A DNA stretch of 50,252 bases from Candidatus Methylomirabilales bacterium. GTDB lineage: Bacteria > Methylomirabilota > Methylomirabilia > Methylomirabilales > 2-02-FULL-66-22. A program made the translations under genes and the position numbers. The stretch is from assembly GCA_041946635.1 (NCBI GenBank), contig JBHGAX010000003.1:1-50252 (forward strand), read 5' to 3'. The notes beneath the pieces are model-generated. The model saw only the letters and a program-made list of their open reading frames with translations. It was not told the origin of the DNA and ran no database searches. Below, piece after piece: positions 27,420 through 36,755 of this stretch (within the stretch, counting starts at the first letter, position 1; every line of letters starts with the position of its first letter).

Positions 27420-28385
27420 ATGAGCGTCCTGGCTTCCGAGTTGGTCATGTACGGCTGCGCGGTCATGTCCGAGACGGACGCGACCGAGAACATCGGCGGC
27501 GCGATCGACACGTCAAAGAAGCTGGAGTTCTTCGACTGGGACGGCGGCACCCGCATGCTGTCCATGGACGCGGGCGACGACGCGAACGTCACGCTGACCT
27601 ACCGGGACGCCGCCGGCGTGAAGCAGACGGAGGTCCAGCAACTCAACGGGCAGTCGCCCGTGGCCTTCACCGCCACCCCTGAGCGGGTGCTCAAGGCCGT
27701 GAAGGCCGCGAGCTGCGCCGGAGATGTGGTTGTGGAAAAGACGACCGCAGAGCTCACCGGCACCGCGCAGGCGGGCGCGGCCGAGACGGTCACCCTCCCG
27801 GCCGGGGCCTCGGCCGTTGATGACGCCTACCTCGGAATGGTCGTCCAGATCACCTCCGGGACGGGCGCAAACCAGGCCCGCATGATCATCCGGTACAACG
27901 GGACGACCAAGGTCGCGACCGTCAACCGCGTGTGGGCCACGCCCCCCGACGCCACGTCCGGCGTGCGCGTGTCCAAGGGGCTGATCTTCGACAAGTTGCC
28001 GGCGGAGATCATGACCGTGCAGCGGCCGTTCTACGAGGCGGCTGCCAACGGGCCCGGCGGCGACGCGAAGGTCCTGCACGAGAAGGTCTGCCTCAAGAAC
28101 ACCAACGGCTCCACGGACCTGACGAATGCCGTGGTCAAGGAGACGCTGGACCCCTCGGGCCTCCTGGACTTCGGCGTCGGCACGATCGACGGGACGGCCA
28201 CGGCGGCCAACCGCCTCACGGCACCCGCCGGCGTGACCTTCAACGGCAGCGACAAGGCCGTCCCGGGCGGCGGCGTCCTGGGGGCTGGCGAATACATCGA
28301 GGTCTGGCTCCGCCTCACACTGGCCGCCGGCGCCGCGGCCGTGAACAGCTACTACCTGCCGACCCTCGACGGCAACACGATCTAG
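27420..28385 (+). CDS. tail-associated virion protein
   Basis: GTAQAG..TVTL...DDAY.G..ITSGTG.Q.R motif; C-terminal VWLRLT. Confidence 0.55.
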   Translation: MSVLASELVMYGCAVMSETDATENIGGAIDTSKKLEFFDWDGGTRMLSMDAGDDANVTLTYRDAAGVKQTEVQQLNGQSPVAFTATPERVLKAVKAASCAGDVVVEKTTAELTGTAQAGAAETVTLPAGASAVDDAYLGMVVQITSGTGANQARMIIRYNGTTKVATVNRVWATPPDATSGVRVSKGLIFDKLPAEIMTVQRPFYEAAANGPGGDAKVLHEKVCLKNTNGSTDLTNAVVKETLDPSGLLDFGVGTIDGTATAANRLTAPAGVTFNGSDKAVPGGGVLGAGEYIEVWLRLTLAAGAAAVNSYYLPTLDGNTI

Positions 28386-28397
28386 CGCGGAGCACCC

Positions 28398-30266
28398 GTG
28401 GCCTATACCGTTGCGGATATCACCGGCAGCGCCTCGACGCTCGCCCACGAGACGGTGGGCCGACCGCTTGGGGTGCTGAGCGACGGCTCGCTGGTGGCCG
28501 TGGGCCGGAAGACGGACTACAGCATCGTCGTCTTCCGGTCCACCGATGGGGGCGAGAGCTGGGCGGAGGCCCTGACCGTCTGCAACGACGGGAACGTCGC
28601 GTTCGAGGCGACGGTCTGGGGCGATGAGGTCGCTGTCTCGACCGGCGCCTGGGCCCTGAATACCGCGGTGAAGTTCTACCGCGCGGCGTTCAGCGGGGGC
28701 AGCTTCTCGCTGGAGGTCAACGGCGCCACGCTGGCGTCCGGGGATGCCGCCTACAAGTACTCGCGCCGCCGGTTCATCAAGGATCCGAATGGCCGCTGGT
28801 GGTGCGCCGCCCTGCGCGATGACGGCGGCACCGGCAAGGCCATCGTCACCAAGTACTCGACGGACGGCGGCTCGAGCTGGGCCGCGACCTGGACGGTGCA
28901 CTACAACGCGAACACGCCACTCGGGCCGGTCCTGCTGTCGGGCACGACGAACCTGTTCCTGATGTTCAACGACAGCAACGGCGTGCGCTCGATGCACCGG
29001 CCGCACGCGAACGCGCCCGACCAGGGCTGGACCGCCTCGACGCAGCGGCGCGCGACGGCCGCCCGGAGCTACAACCACCAAGCGGCGCCGCTCCACGGCG
29101 ACACGAGTACCTGGCTGTTCGTCGGGGCGGAGTACGGCAACGGCGATCTGTACGCGATCAAGATGGTCGACGGGGTGAACCCGACCTTCACGGACCACGG
29201 GAAGTACACGGACGTCTCGCCGGAGACCTGCGACTGGCAGTGCGTGATGGGGCTCGCGGACGGCTGGATCATGCCGTACCTCCGTACCGGGAGCCTGGGG
29301 ACGCTCCGCTGGAAGACCTGCGACCTGTCAGGGAACTACTCGGGCGAATCGACGTACGCGCTCGCTACCGCGGCCCCGAACCAGTACAGCTTGCAGGTCG
29401 CGCACAGCGGGCCTGGCACGATCGCGAATGAGAATTTGTTCGCCGCCTGGGACCATGCCACGGCGACGTGCAGCTCCCTGGTATCGCTGCCTGCCCCCGC
29501 GATCGAGGTCGCCCGCCTGTTCCGGGTACCGGTTGAGGTCGGGGTCCACGTCGCTCGCCTGTTCCGCGTGCCGGTCGAACAGTGGCAGCCCTACGTCGCG
29601 CGCCGCTTCCGGGTACCGGTCGAAGCCCGAAAGCGAGTCGGCCTGCGCTTCTGCGTCCCGGTCGAAACGCGGATCACGCAACCAGTCACCCATCTCTTCC
29701 GGGTGCCGGTCGCGATCGCGCAGAACGCAGGGCGCCGCTTCCGCGTCCCGGTGGAGATCGCGGGGACGGCCCGCCTACAGCGGCAGTGCTGGATCCCCGT
29801 GGAGCACCGGGCAACCCGCCGCCGGGGCGTCCTCGTGCCGATCGAGTGGGAGATGGGCCGGATCCGCCGCTACGCCATGGTGCCGATCGAGGCGGGGGGC
29901 GGGCTGGGCCGGCCCATCCGGATCCCGGTGGAGGCCGCCGGCACTCTCCGTCCCGGGCACGCCTTCCGCGTGCCGCTGGAAATGGGCCGGCGCGTGCAGC
30001 GCGCCTTTAGGCTCCCGGTGGAGATGGCCGGCGAGGACTCCACGGCGTTCCTCGACACGTTCGTGGTCCGCGCGACGGTGCGCGAGTCGTTCCTGGATGA
30101 ATGGCTGGTCCTGCCGGGGCTGGTCGAGGACTTCCTGGACGAGTGGGTCGTGCGCTCCGTGATGGGCGGGGACTTCGTGGATACCTGGGACGTCGTGCCG
30201 GCCGGCATCCTGACCGACTTCGCGGACGACATCCAGCTCCCGGTCGGGACCGTGGAGGGGGATTGA
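28398..30266 (+). CDS. putative tail fibre/receptor-binding protein with Asp-box N-domain and repeat shaft
   Basis: Asp boxes RSTDGGESW and YSTDGGSSW; about 12 FRVPVE-like and 4 FLDxW-like repeats. Confidence 0.6.
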   Translation: MAYTVADITGSASTLAHETVGRPLGVLSDGSLVAVGRKTDYSIVVFRSTDGGESWAEALTVCNDGNVAFEATVWGDEVAVSTGAWALNTAVKFYRAAFSGGSFSLEVNGATLASGDAAYKYSRRRFIKDPNGRWWCAALRDDGGTGKAIVTKYSTDGGSSWAATWTVHYNANTPLGPVLLSGTTNLFLMFNDSNGVRSMHRPHANAPDQGWTASTQRRATAARSYNHQAAPLHGDTSTWLFVGAEYGNGDLYAIKMVDGVNPTFTDHGKYTDVSPETCDWQCVMGLADGWIMPYLRTGSLGTLRWKTCDLSGNYSGESTYALATAAPNQYSLQVAHSGPGTIANENLFAAWDHATATCSSLVSLPAPAIEVARLFRVPVEVGVHVARLFRVPVEQWQPYVARRFRVPVEARKRVGLRFCVPVETRITQPVTHLFRVPVAIAQNAGRRFRVPVEIAGTARLQRQCWIPVEHRATRRRGVLVPIEWEMGRIRRYAMVPIEAGGGLGRPIRIPVEAAGTLRPGHAFRVPLEMGRRVQRAFRLPVEMAGEDSTAFLDTFVVRATVRESFLDEWLVLPGLVEDFLDEWVVRSVMGGDFVDTWDVVPAGILTDFADDIQLPVGTVEGD

Positions 30267-32038
30267 TGGCCGACCTCGGCGCCACCAGCTTTGCGATCGA
30301 CCAGAGCCTCGCCCTGGCCTCGGACGGCTACACGGCCGACCTCGCCGCCTCCGCCCTCGTGCGCTCCGCGACGCTCCCCGAGACGGTCACCCTGGGCGCC
30401 GGCCTGCGCAACCGCGCCACCGGAGTCGTGGACGCGGTCGGCCAGATGGAGGCACGAATCGACCGGCTCACCCTGCGGAAGGCGGGGGATAGCGTCCGGG
30501 CCTCCGTCCGCGGCCGCGACCAGCTGGCCCTGCTCCTCGAGCGGCCGTTCCGCAAGCTCTACCTGCGCCAGCGGCCGGAGGTCGGTAGTGAGCCCACCAC
30601 CCCCTATGCCGTGGGCCTCTTCACCGCACAGGAGGTGGCGCGGGAGGTCGTGGAGGCGGCGGGGCTCACTCTGTCTTGGCAGTGCCGGGACTACCGCCTG
30701 CTCGCCGACTTCGAGGCCGTGGGCCGCTCGATCGACGTGCTCGCGAAGCTCGTGGAGCCCTGGTGTCAGGTTGAGGCGCTCAAGGTGGACATCTTCGCCC
30801 AGGGGAGCACGGTGTTCTGCCGGCCGCGCGTCCTGGCCATGACCCCGGACTTCACCTACACGATCCAGGGCGCCCGCATCTCTGACTTTGAGATCGACGT
30901 GGAGCGGGGCCCGATCTATGGGACCGTGACCCTCTCGGGCCGGCAGGTGCCGCGCTACGGCTACGGCGTGCAGCAGCCCGCGGCGCCGGAAGAAGAGGAG
31001 GAGCCGCCGCCGCCCGGCGTGCCGATCGTGCCGTGGGAGCTGACGACCGCACGGTGCGCGGAATCCAGGGATGCGCACCGCACGACGGCGCGGGTCCTCA
31101 CCGAGACGACCTACCGGATGCCGGACCAGCTGGTGCTCCGGATCGTGGAGACGACCCTGCAGCGCGACGGCGAGGCGGCGTCGAGCCCCCTCCGGATCGT
31201 CAGCGAGCGCGAGACGGTCAACGAGTGGGAGGACTCGGTCTACAACGACCAGGGGCGGACCAATAACCCGCGCCAGTTGCGGCAGGTCGTGAATCTGTAC
31301 GGCATCCACAAGAACGACCCGGACAAGTTCTGGCGCCACCTGGCCACCGAGGAGACGACCTACGGCCGCGACGAGGCGGGCTACCGGGAGATCACGACCA
31401 CCGTCAAGAAGGAGCTGAACCTCAGCCGCCGGATCATGGAGTGCACGGAGAAGGTCGTCCGGACGCTGCGGGAGAAGGATTACCTGAAGGTCGAGCAGGT
31501 GACGACCACCTACAAGCCGGTCTCGGGGAGCCGCAACTTCGGCGACCAGGACACCATCGACTGGTACGCGGCGCACACGGACACGCAGGAGCAGGCGGGC
31601 CTCCGCCCGGAGGGCCCCCCGCCCCCGCCCCAGCCGGAGCGCGTGCAGGACCCCGCGAGTCACACTGGCGGGGCCCAGGGCGCCATGGAGGCGATCGCGC
31701 TGGAGGAGACGATCTCCACTGACCCCCGCGCCGTGGACGTGCGCTACAGCAACCCCCACCTGGCCGAGGAGGACCTGGCGTTCATCCTGGACCAGTTCCG
31801 CGCCGTCTCCGGCCTCTGGCACTACGTGATTCGCTTGACAGGTGTGGCCATGCCCTGGCTCCGCAAGGGGAACGTCCTGCACCTCACCGGCCTCCTGGCC
31901 GAGGACGGCGTGACGGAGATCCCGCTCCAGCCGGCACTCATCACCGAGGCGAAGCTGACATACAACGAGAGCGGGAATCCACCGGCCATGCTGCGGACCA
32001 TGACGCTCGAGTACTGGGGGCCGCTGTGGCCCGCCTGA
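30266..32038 (+). CDS. putative tail tip/hub protein
   Basis: VRGRDQLALL; C-terminal PWLRKG...LITE; synteny. Confidence 0.55.
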   Translation: MADLGATSFAIDQSLALASDGYTADLAASALVRSATLPETVTLGAGLRNRATGVVDAVGQMEARIDRLTLRKAGDSVRASVRGRDQLALLLERPFRKLYLRQRPEVGSEPTTPYAVGLFTAQEVAREVVEAAGLTLSWQCRDYRLLADFEAVGRSIDVLAKLVEPWCQVEALKVDIFAQGSTVFCRPRVLAMTPDFTYTIQGARISDFEIDVERGPIYGTVTLSGRQVPRYGYGVQQPAAPEEEEEPPPPGVPIVPWELTTARCAESRDAHRTTARVLTETTYRMPDQLVLRIVETTLQRDGEAASSPLRIVSERETVNEWEDSVYNDQGRTNNPRQLRQVVNLYGIHKNDPDKFWRHLATEETTYGRDEAGYREITTTVKKELNLSRRIMECTEKVVRTLREKDYLKVEQVTTTYKPVSGSRNFGDQDTIDWYAAHTDTQEQAGLRPEGPPPPPQPERVQDPASHTGGAQGAMEAIALEETISTDPRAVDVRYSNPHLAEEDLAFILDQFRAVSGLWHYVIRLTGVAMPWLRKGNVLHLTGLLAEDGVTEIPLQPALITEAKLTYNESGNPPAMLRTMTLEYWGPLWPA

Positions 32039-32283
32039 TCGAGGTCCTGCGGCGGCTCGCCGTCCAGCGGCCGAGCACCACCGCGGAGCCGGCGAGCGCC
32101 ACCCCTTTCCGGCAGGCCACGGTCGTGTCCGTGAACCCGGACGGGACCGTGGGCGTTCAGGTGGACGGCAAACCGGGTGAGTCCCGCGCCGCGCGCGCCA
32201 CGGACGAGCCGCTGCAGCCCGGGCACCGCGTGTGGACCACGGAGACGGAGCGCGGCGTGCTGGTGATCGGAGGGGTCCGCTGA
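32026..32283 (+). CDS. small OB-fold-like tail tip protein
   Basis: ATVVSVNPDGTVGVQVDG...PGHRVW. Confidence 0.5.
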   Translation: MARLIEVLRRLAVQRPSTTAEPASATPFRQATVVSVNPDGTVGVQVDGKPGESRAARATDEPLQPGHRVWTTETERGVLVIGGVR

Positions 32284-34451
32284 TGCGCCTCGCCGACGCA
32301 TTCCGGGCCGCCATGGGGACGGCCCGCAACCGGCTCGCGTCCACCGAGCACCCCCTCACGGGGGTCCGGCATGTCACCTGGGAGGTCATTCAGGCGGCGC
32401 TGGCCGAGAACCGCTACCAGGTCCGCGACACGGCGCTGCCGGTCTGCGGCCTTCGCACCTACCGCGCCGGCGACCGCGTCCCGGTCGGCTGGGTGGATGG
32501 CGCGCCGCGGTTCATCCTGGGGCACCTGTGGCGCAAGGCGGCCTTCGCGCCCGTCCGCCGGCTCGTGGCTGTGGGCATCGTGGAGGAGTTGCTGGTCGGC
32601 GACCTGGACGGCCAGGGGGCGGACGTCTGGTACCGCACGCACGACCGCGCGGAGCGGCTGGAGGTGCGAGGACTCCTGCGGGGGGCCATCCCCACGGCCG
32701 TCAAGTGGGGGCACGACGGCTGCTCGTTCGGCGTGACCGCCACGGGGGGCGTGTACGCCGTCTGCGCGCTGGACCGCGAGGACCCCAACGTCCTGTCGGA
32801 CGCTCCCCTGGGCCCGGCGACGCTCGTCTGGATGGGCCGCCCGCTGGAGCAGACGGCCCCGCTCACCACGGCGACCGTCCAGAACATCGTCACGCGGCGG
32901 GTGCAGCAGTTCATCGGCGGCGTGACCTCGTCGATCGTCTACAAGGCCCTCTGGGTCGCCTGGCACTGGGTCGGCAATCCCCTGGGCCCCTGGTGGCAAT
33001 ACGTCCCGGACTACCCGAATTGCCCGACGGTGATCGCGTGGGAGGGCACGCCGTCATCGACGGGGGTGGCGGTGGCCTCCGGTGCACAGGCGTTCCCCCT
33101 GCGGGACGTGCTGAACGGGAGCATCCGGGACTTCTACGGCAACGCGACCTGCGCCGGCGGCATCGTGGATTGGTACGTGGACGCCGAGCGGCGCCTGATC
33201 CTGGTAGTGCACGTGCACTGGGACTATCACTACATCGGCGCCGCCGCTGGCGGGTACGGCAGCGTCACCTGGCCGGTGGGGATACGCGACAACGCCGCGG
33301 GCCACCAGGAGACCTACACCCGCACGGAGCAGGTCTACGCGCCGCCGAGCACCGGCGTGCTCGGGGCCAAGAAGCAGAGCGACAAACAGACCGTACCGGA
33401 ATCGCACGTCTTTCTGGTGCAGGCCGATACCGGCGCAGTGGTCTGGGCCACGGCGGGGCCCTCGGTCGCATTTGGCGTCAACGCCATGGGCTACGCCTCC
33501 GGGATGCTGGAGCACTACCGCTACAGCGACCCCGGGTACAACGAGACCGAGCTGCCGGCGCCGAACCGGGGCAGCGTCAAGGCGCCCGTCGAGATTGAGT
33601 GGTACAGCACGGCGTCCTCCGCCTGGTCGCTGACGGAGCGGGAGGAGTGGACCGAGGCCGAGGCCGAGATCCGGGTGCGGCTCGTGTCGAGCACGGGGAC
33701 GCACCAGCTCTTCGACCCGACGCGCCTCGCCGCGATCGAGGGGCCGTACGAGGACGAGCCGACGGACGAGTCCACCGGCGTCGCGACGCTCGTCACCGGC
33801 AACGCGCGCTGGCACGTCACGCTGCGCACCAAGACGGGGAGCGTCGCGCGCCGCTGGCACTACCGCGTGGCCGGCGTCCAGGTCTTCTCGGCGCGCGTCC
33901 TGCTCGGCGCGGGCGAGGAGGCGCGGGCGGTGGATGCACCGCGCCTATTCCTCGTCCTCGAACGCTACCCCTACCTGCCCGGGACGAACTACATCGCGGA
34001 CACCCCGCAGACCTGGGTGGGCGTGGTCGACGCGGACGGCACCGTAGTCCGCGTGCTCCGCGGCTGGCAGCCGGGCCTGAACGCCGGCGTGACGGAGCGG
34101 GTTACCGGCAACGGGCACAGGCTGGTGTGGACCCTGGGGACCGGCGCGGCCGTGCCCATCCAGACGGTCCTCGTCACCGACCTGGACACCGGCGCGGAGC
34201 GGGTTGTCACGCCGGCGGACTGGGCCGCCTGGTGGGAGCGGTCGGCCAAGCTCTACCCGCCGGACTTCCTCTGGGACCGCCAGGCGCCCGAGGCCTTCCT
34301 GCAGCCGGCCGCGCTGCCCGCGCTCACGGAGGACGCGGCGCTCGCCGAGCTGGCGGGCCTCGTCCCCCTCGCGCAGCGGCTCGAGGGTAGCGTCCGGATC
34401 GTTAACGACCAGGACACCCTGGCGCCGCTCGACCGGTACCGTGAGACCTAG
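32283..34451 (+). CDS. putative tail spike/host-recognition protein
   Basis: 722-aa Trp/beta-rich ORF with N-terminal OB-like segment (AGDRVPV); last tail gene. Confidence 0.5.
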   Translation: MRLADAFRAAMGTARNRLASTEHPLTGVRHVTWEVIQAALAENRYQVRDTALPVCGLRTYRAGDRVPVGWVDGAPRFILGHLWRKAAFAPVRRLVAVGIVEELLVGDLDGQGADVWYRTHDRAERLEVRGLLRGAIPTAVKWGHDGCSFGVTATGGVYAVCALDREDPNVLSDAPLGPATLVWMGRPLEQTAPLTTATVQNIVTRRVQQFIGGVTSSIVYKALWVAWHWVGNPLGPWWQYVPDYPNCPTVIAWEGTPSSTGVAVASGAQAFPLRDVLNGSIRDFYGNATCAGGIVDWYVDAERRLILVVHVHWDYHYIGAAAGGYGSVTWPVGIRDNAAGHQETYTRTEQVYAPPSTGVLGAKKQSDKQTVPESHVFLVQADTGAVVWATAGPSVAFGVNAMGYASGMLEHYRYSDPGYNETELPAPNRGSVKAPVEIEWYSTASSAWSLTEREEWTEAEAEIRVRLVSSTGTHQLFDPTRLAAIEGPYEDEPTDESTGVATLVTGNARWHVTLRTKTGSVARRWHYRVAGVQVFSARVLLGAGEEARAVDAPRLFLVLERYPYLPGTNYIADTPQTWVGVVDADGTVVRVLRGWQPGLNAGVTERVTGNGHRLVWTLGTGAAVPIQTVLVTDLDTGAERVVTPADWAAWWERSAKLYPPDFLWDRQAPEAFLQPAALPALTEDAALAELAGLVPLAQRLEGSVRIVNDQDTLAPLDRYRET

Positions 34452-34537
34452 CGCAGAGTGCCCCCTGTGGGCACATTCACCGACGCCCCCGGCAATGACC
34501 GCTGGGGGCGGTCCTGTTCTCCACGGCGGAGGACGTC

Positions 34538-34807
34538 ATGCCTGAGACGGATGGTGAGTTCCGCGGGGCGACCCGGGAGCAAATCAACACGCTCTTCCAT
34601 GCCGTCGAGCGCGTGGAGCGCGGGATGGAGGCGCACTGCCGAGAAGAGAAGGAGACCTGGCGGGAGTTCGGCATCCGGCTGGATGCCATCCAGGCGCAGC
34701 TCGTGGAGATGCAGCGCTGGCGCTCGCGCGTCGTCGGCTACGCCGCGGGCATCTCGACCGGTGCCGGCTTCGTCCTGCACTACCTCTGGGACAAGGTCAC
34801 CAAGTAG
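34538..34807 (+). CDS. putative holin-like membrane protein
   Basis: Coiled coil plus C-terminal TM (VVGYAAGISTGAGFVLHYLW); upstream of endolysin. Confidence 0.5.
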   Translation: MPETDGEFRGATREQINTLFHAVERVERGMEAHCREEKETWREFGIRLDAIQAQLVEMQRWRSRVVGYAAGISTGAGFVLHYLWDKVTK

Positions 34808-34820
34808 CGGGCGCGACAGC

Positions 34821-35009
34821 ATGGATCCAGGAATCGTCGTCCACGTTACGCAGGACCGCTTCGGCGCCATCACGGCCGAGGACCTCGAGGCCGCGCTCCG
34901 GGCCGTAGCCCTGCGGCGGGTCGACGCCGCGGTGCAGCTGTACGTGGACCTGCAACGGGCGGCGCTCCTGCGCGAGCGGGATCAGCTGCGGAAGATGCTG
35001 GAGGAGTGA
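34821..35009 (+). CDS. hypothetical protein
   Basis: 62-aa ORF filling the gap in the lysis cassette. Confidence 0.45.
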   Translation: MDPGIVVHVTQDRFGAITAEDLEAALRAVALRRVDAAVQLYVDLQRAALLRERDQLRKMLEE

Positions 35010-35012
35010 GCC

Positions 35013-35423
35013 ATGGGCGACCTCCGGTCCATGCTGATCCGGCACGAGGGGCGACGGCGCCGCCTCTACAGGTGTACCGCCGGCAAGTGGAGCATTGGGA
35101 TCGGCCGGAACCTGGAGGATGTCGGCCTCTCGGACGACGAGGTCGAGTACCTCTTTGCGAATGACCTGCGGCGGATCCGCGGAGAGCTGCTCGCGGCGTT
35201 CCCCTGGGTGGCAACCCTCGATCCGGTGCGGCAGGATGCGCTGCTCGACATGGCCTTCATGGGCGTCGGCACGCTGCGAGGCTTCACGAAGTTCCTGGGC
35301 GCGCTCCAGGCTAAAGACTACCTGACCGCCTCGGCGGAAATGCTGCAGTCGAAATGGGCCGACCAGGTGGGCGACCGCGCGCGCGAGCTGGCGGCCATGA
35401 TCCAGACGGGGGAATACCAGTGA
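35013..35423 (+). CDS. endolysin, GH24/T4-like lysozyme
   Basis: HEG...YRCTAGKWSIGIGRNL, RQDALLDMAF, EMLQSKWADQVGDRA. Confidence 0.92.
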   Translation: MGDLRSMLIRHEGRRRRLYRCTAGKWSIGIGRNLEDVGLSDDEVEYLFANDLRRIRGELLAAFPWVATLDPVRQDALLDMAFMGVGTLRGFTKFLGALQAKDYLTASAEMLQSKWADQVGDRARELAAMIQTGEYQ

Positions 35424-35848
35424 CCCCGATCCTCTACACGGACGGCTACAAGTACCAGCTTGCGAAGGACTATGTCCTCGCCCTGGACATCCGTCCGGCG
35501 GCGCAGATCGTCACCCCCTACATCGCCCTCGATCTGGACGGCACTCTGACCATCCGGGCCGGCTACGCCTGGGACGGGCCGAGCGGGCCGACGATCGACA
35601 CGGCCAACTTCATGCGCGGTTCGCTCGTGCACGACGCGCTCTACCAGCTCCTGCGCGAGCGGTACCTGCCAGCCGAGCTGCGCGAGGCGGCCGACCGCAT
35701 CCTGCAGCGCTGCTGCCTCGAGGACGGGATGTCCCGCCTCCGGGCCTGGTGGGTGTACTGGGGCGTGCGGCTGGGGGGCGGTCCCGCGGCGGACCCCGCC
35801 CACACGAAGCCGATCCTCTCCGCGCCGCGGAAGGAGCTGATGTCATGA
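35420..35848 (+). CDS. DUF1353-like protein
   Basis: GYAWDGPS, SLVHDALYQ, ADRIL, YWGVRLGG. Confidence 0.8.
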   Translation: MTPILYTDGYKYQLAKDYVLALDIRPAAQIVTPYIALDLDGTLTIRAGYAWDGPSGPTIDTANFMRGSLVHDALYQLLRERYLPAELREAADRILQRCCLEDGMSRLRAWWVYWGVRLGGGPAADPAHTKPILSAPRKELMS

Positions 35849-36195
35849 CGCGCGTCGGTCTGTTGCTCCTGGTGGCTCTCGTGTCCCTCGTCGCCTGCGC
35901 CACCCCGCAGGTCACCATGCCCGCGGGCGCCGCCGCCGTCCTGTACGCAAACGCTCGGGCCGACTACGCGGTGGCCAAGGTGCTGGCCGGGCAGGCGTGC
36001 AAATCTGGGAAGCTGGAGGGGGAGGCCTGCGAGGCGCTGGCCCAGGTGGACGTCAAGGCCAAGATCTACCGGGACGCCATCGAGCGCGCCCTCCTGGACC
36101 CGACGCAGCCGGTGGACTGGGCCCAAGTCGTCCAATACAGCGGGAGCGTGGTGGAGCTGCTCGTCAAGATCGGCGTGCTGCCGGCGGCGCCGTAG
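35845..36195 (+). CDS. lipoprotein (possible spanin component)
   Basis: Signal peptide with lipobox LVAC; in lysis module. Confidence 0.65.
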   Translation: MTRVGLLLLVALVSLVACATPQVTMPAGAAAVLYANARADYAVAKVLAGQACKSGKLEGEACEALAQVDVKAKIYRDAIERALLDPTQPVDWAQVVQYSGSVVELLVKIGVLPAAP

Positions 36196-36214
36196 TCGGC
36201 AGGAGGGGGACGCC

Positions 36215-36331
36215 ATGCCGCTGCGCGTCAAGCTCTGGCTGCTCTGCGGGGCGGCCATCCTGGTCGTGGCCTGCCTTTTCGTCGGCCTGGTCGCCGCCGC
36301 CGAGTGGATTCTCCGCGCGCTCGCCCAGTAG
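36215..36331 (+). CDS. 38-aa single-TM protein
   Basis: AGGAGG RBS; MPLRVKLWLLCGAAILVVACLFVGLVAAAEWILRALAQ. Confidence 0.55.
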   Translation: MPLRVKLWLLCGAAILVVACLFVGLVAAAEWILRALAQ

Positions 36332-36605
36332 TCCCGACCGCCCCTTTTCCCCAGCGCCGCTCGCCACCGCTCGGGCGCCGCTGGGCGATCCAGGGCGAGC
36401 GGCTAGGGTGGTAGCCGGGGAGTGCCTGCGGCGATTCTGGGGCAACGTGGCGTTCGGGACTCCGGCAGTCCGGAAATGCGGGTACGAAACGGGGTACAGT
36501 GAACCGACGAAAAGGGGTGAAACCGAGTGAAAGCCGGTGAGGCTTTTACGGGGTGCGTAAAGCGGTAAAAGCGGCGTCACTGCAGAGGGAATCGCTGTAA
36601 ATGCT

Positions 36606-36661
36606 TGGTGCCGGGGGAGGGAATCGAACCCTCATGGGGTTGCCCCCGCGGGATTTTGAGT
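36606..36661 (-). mobile_element. attP core: 3' half of tRNA-Leu(CAA)
   Basis: Reverse complement ACTCAAAATCCCGCGGGGGCAACCCCATGAGGGTTCGATTCCCTCCCCCGGCACCA gives anticodon loop, long variable arm, T arm and CCA; 5' half absent; next to integrase. Confidence 0.92.
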
Positions 36662-36755
36662 GAGCAGCCAGGTCGCTACAGCATCGCGCTCAAGAAAAGT
36701 CTCCACGAACGCCGCCGCCACCTCGCCTACTGTCACCCGATCGTGCTCTTCCATG

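Noticed and set aside
28398-34451. Diversity-generating retroelement or invertible tail-fibre cassette
   Set aside because: No reverse transcriptase or invertase gene, and no template/variable repeat pair seen
36606-36700. Complete tRNA-Leu gene
   Set aside because: 5' acceptor strand, D arm and 5' anticodon stem are missing; it is an att core
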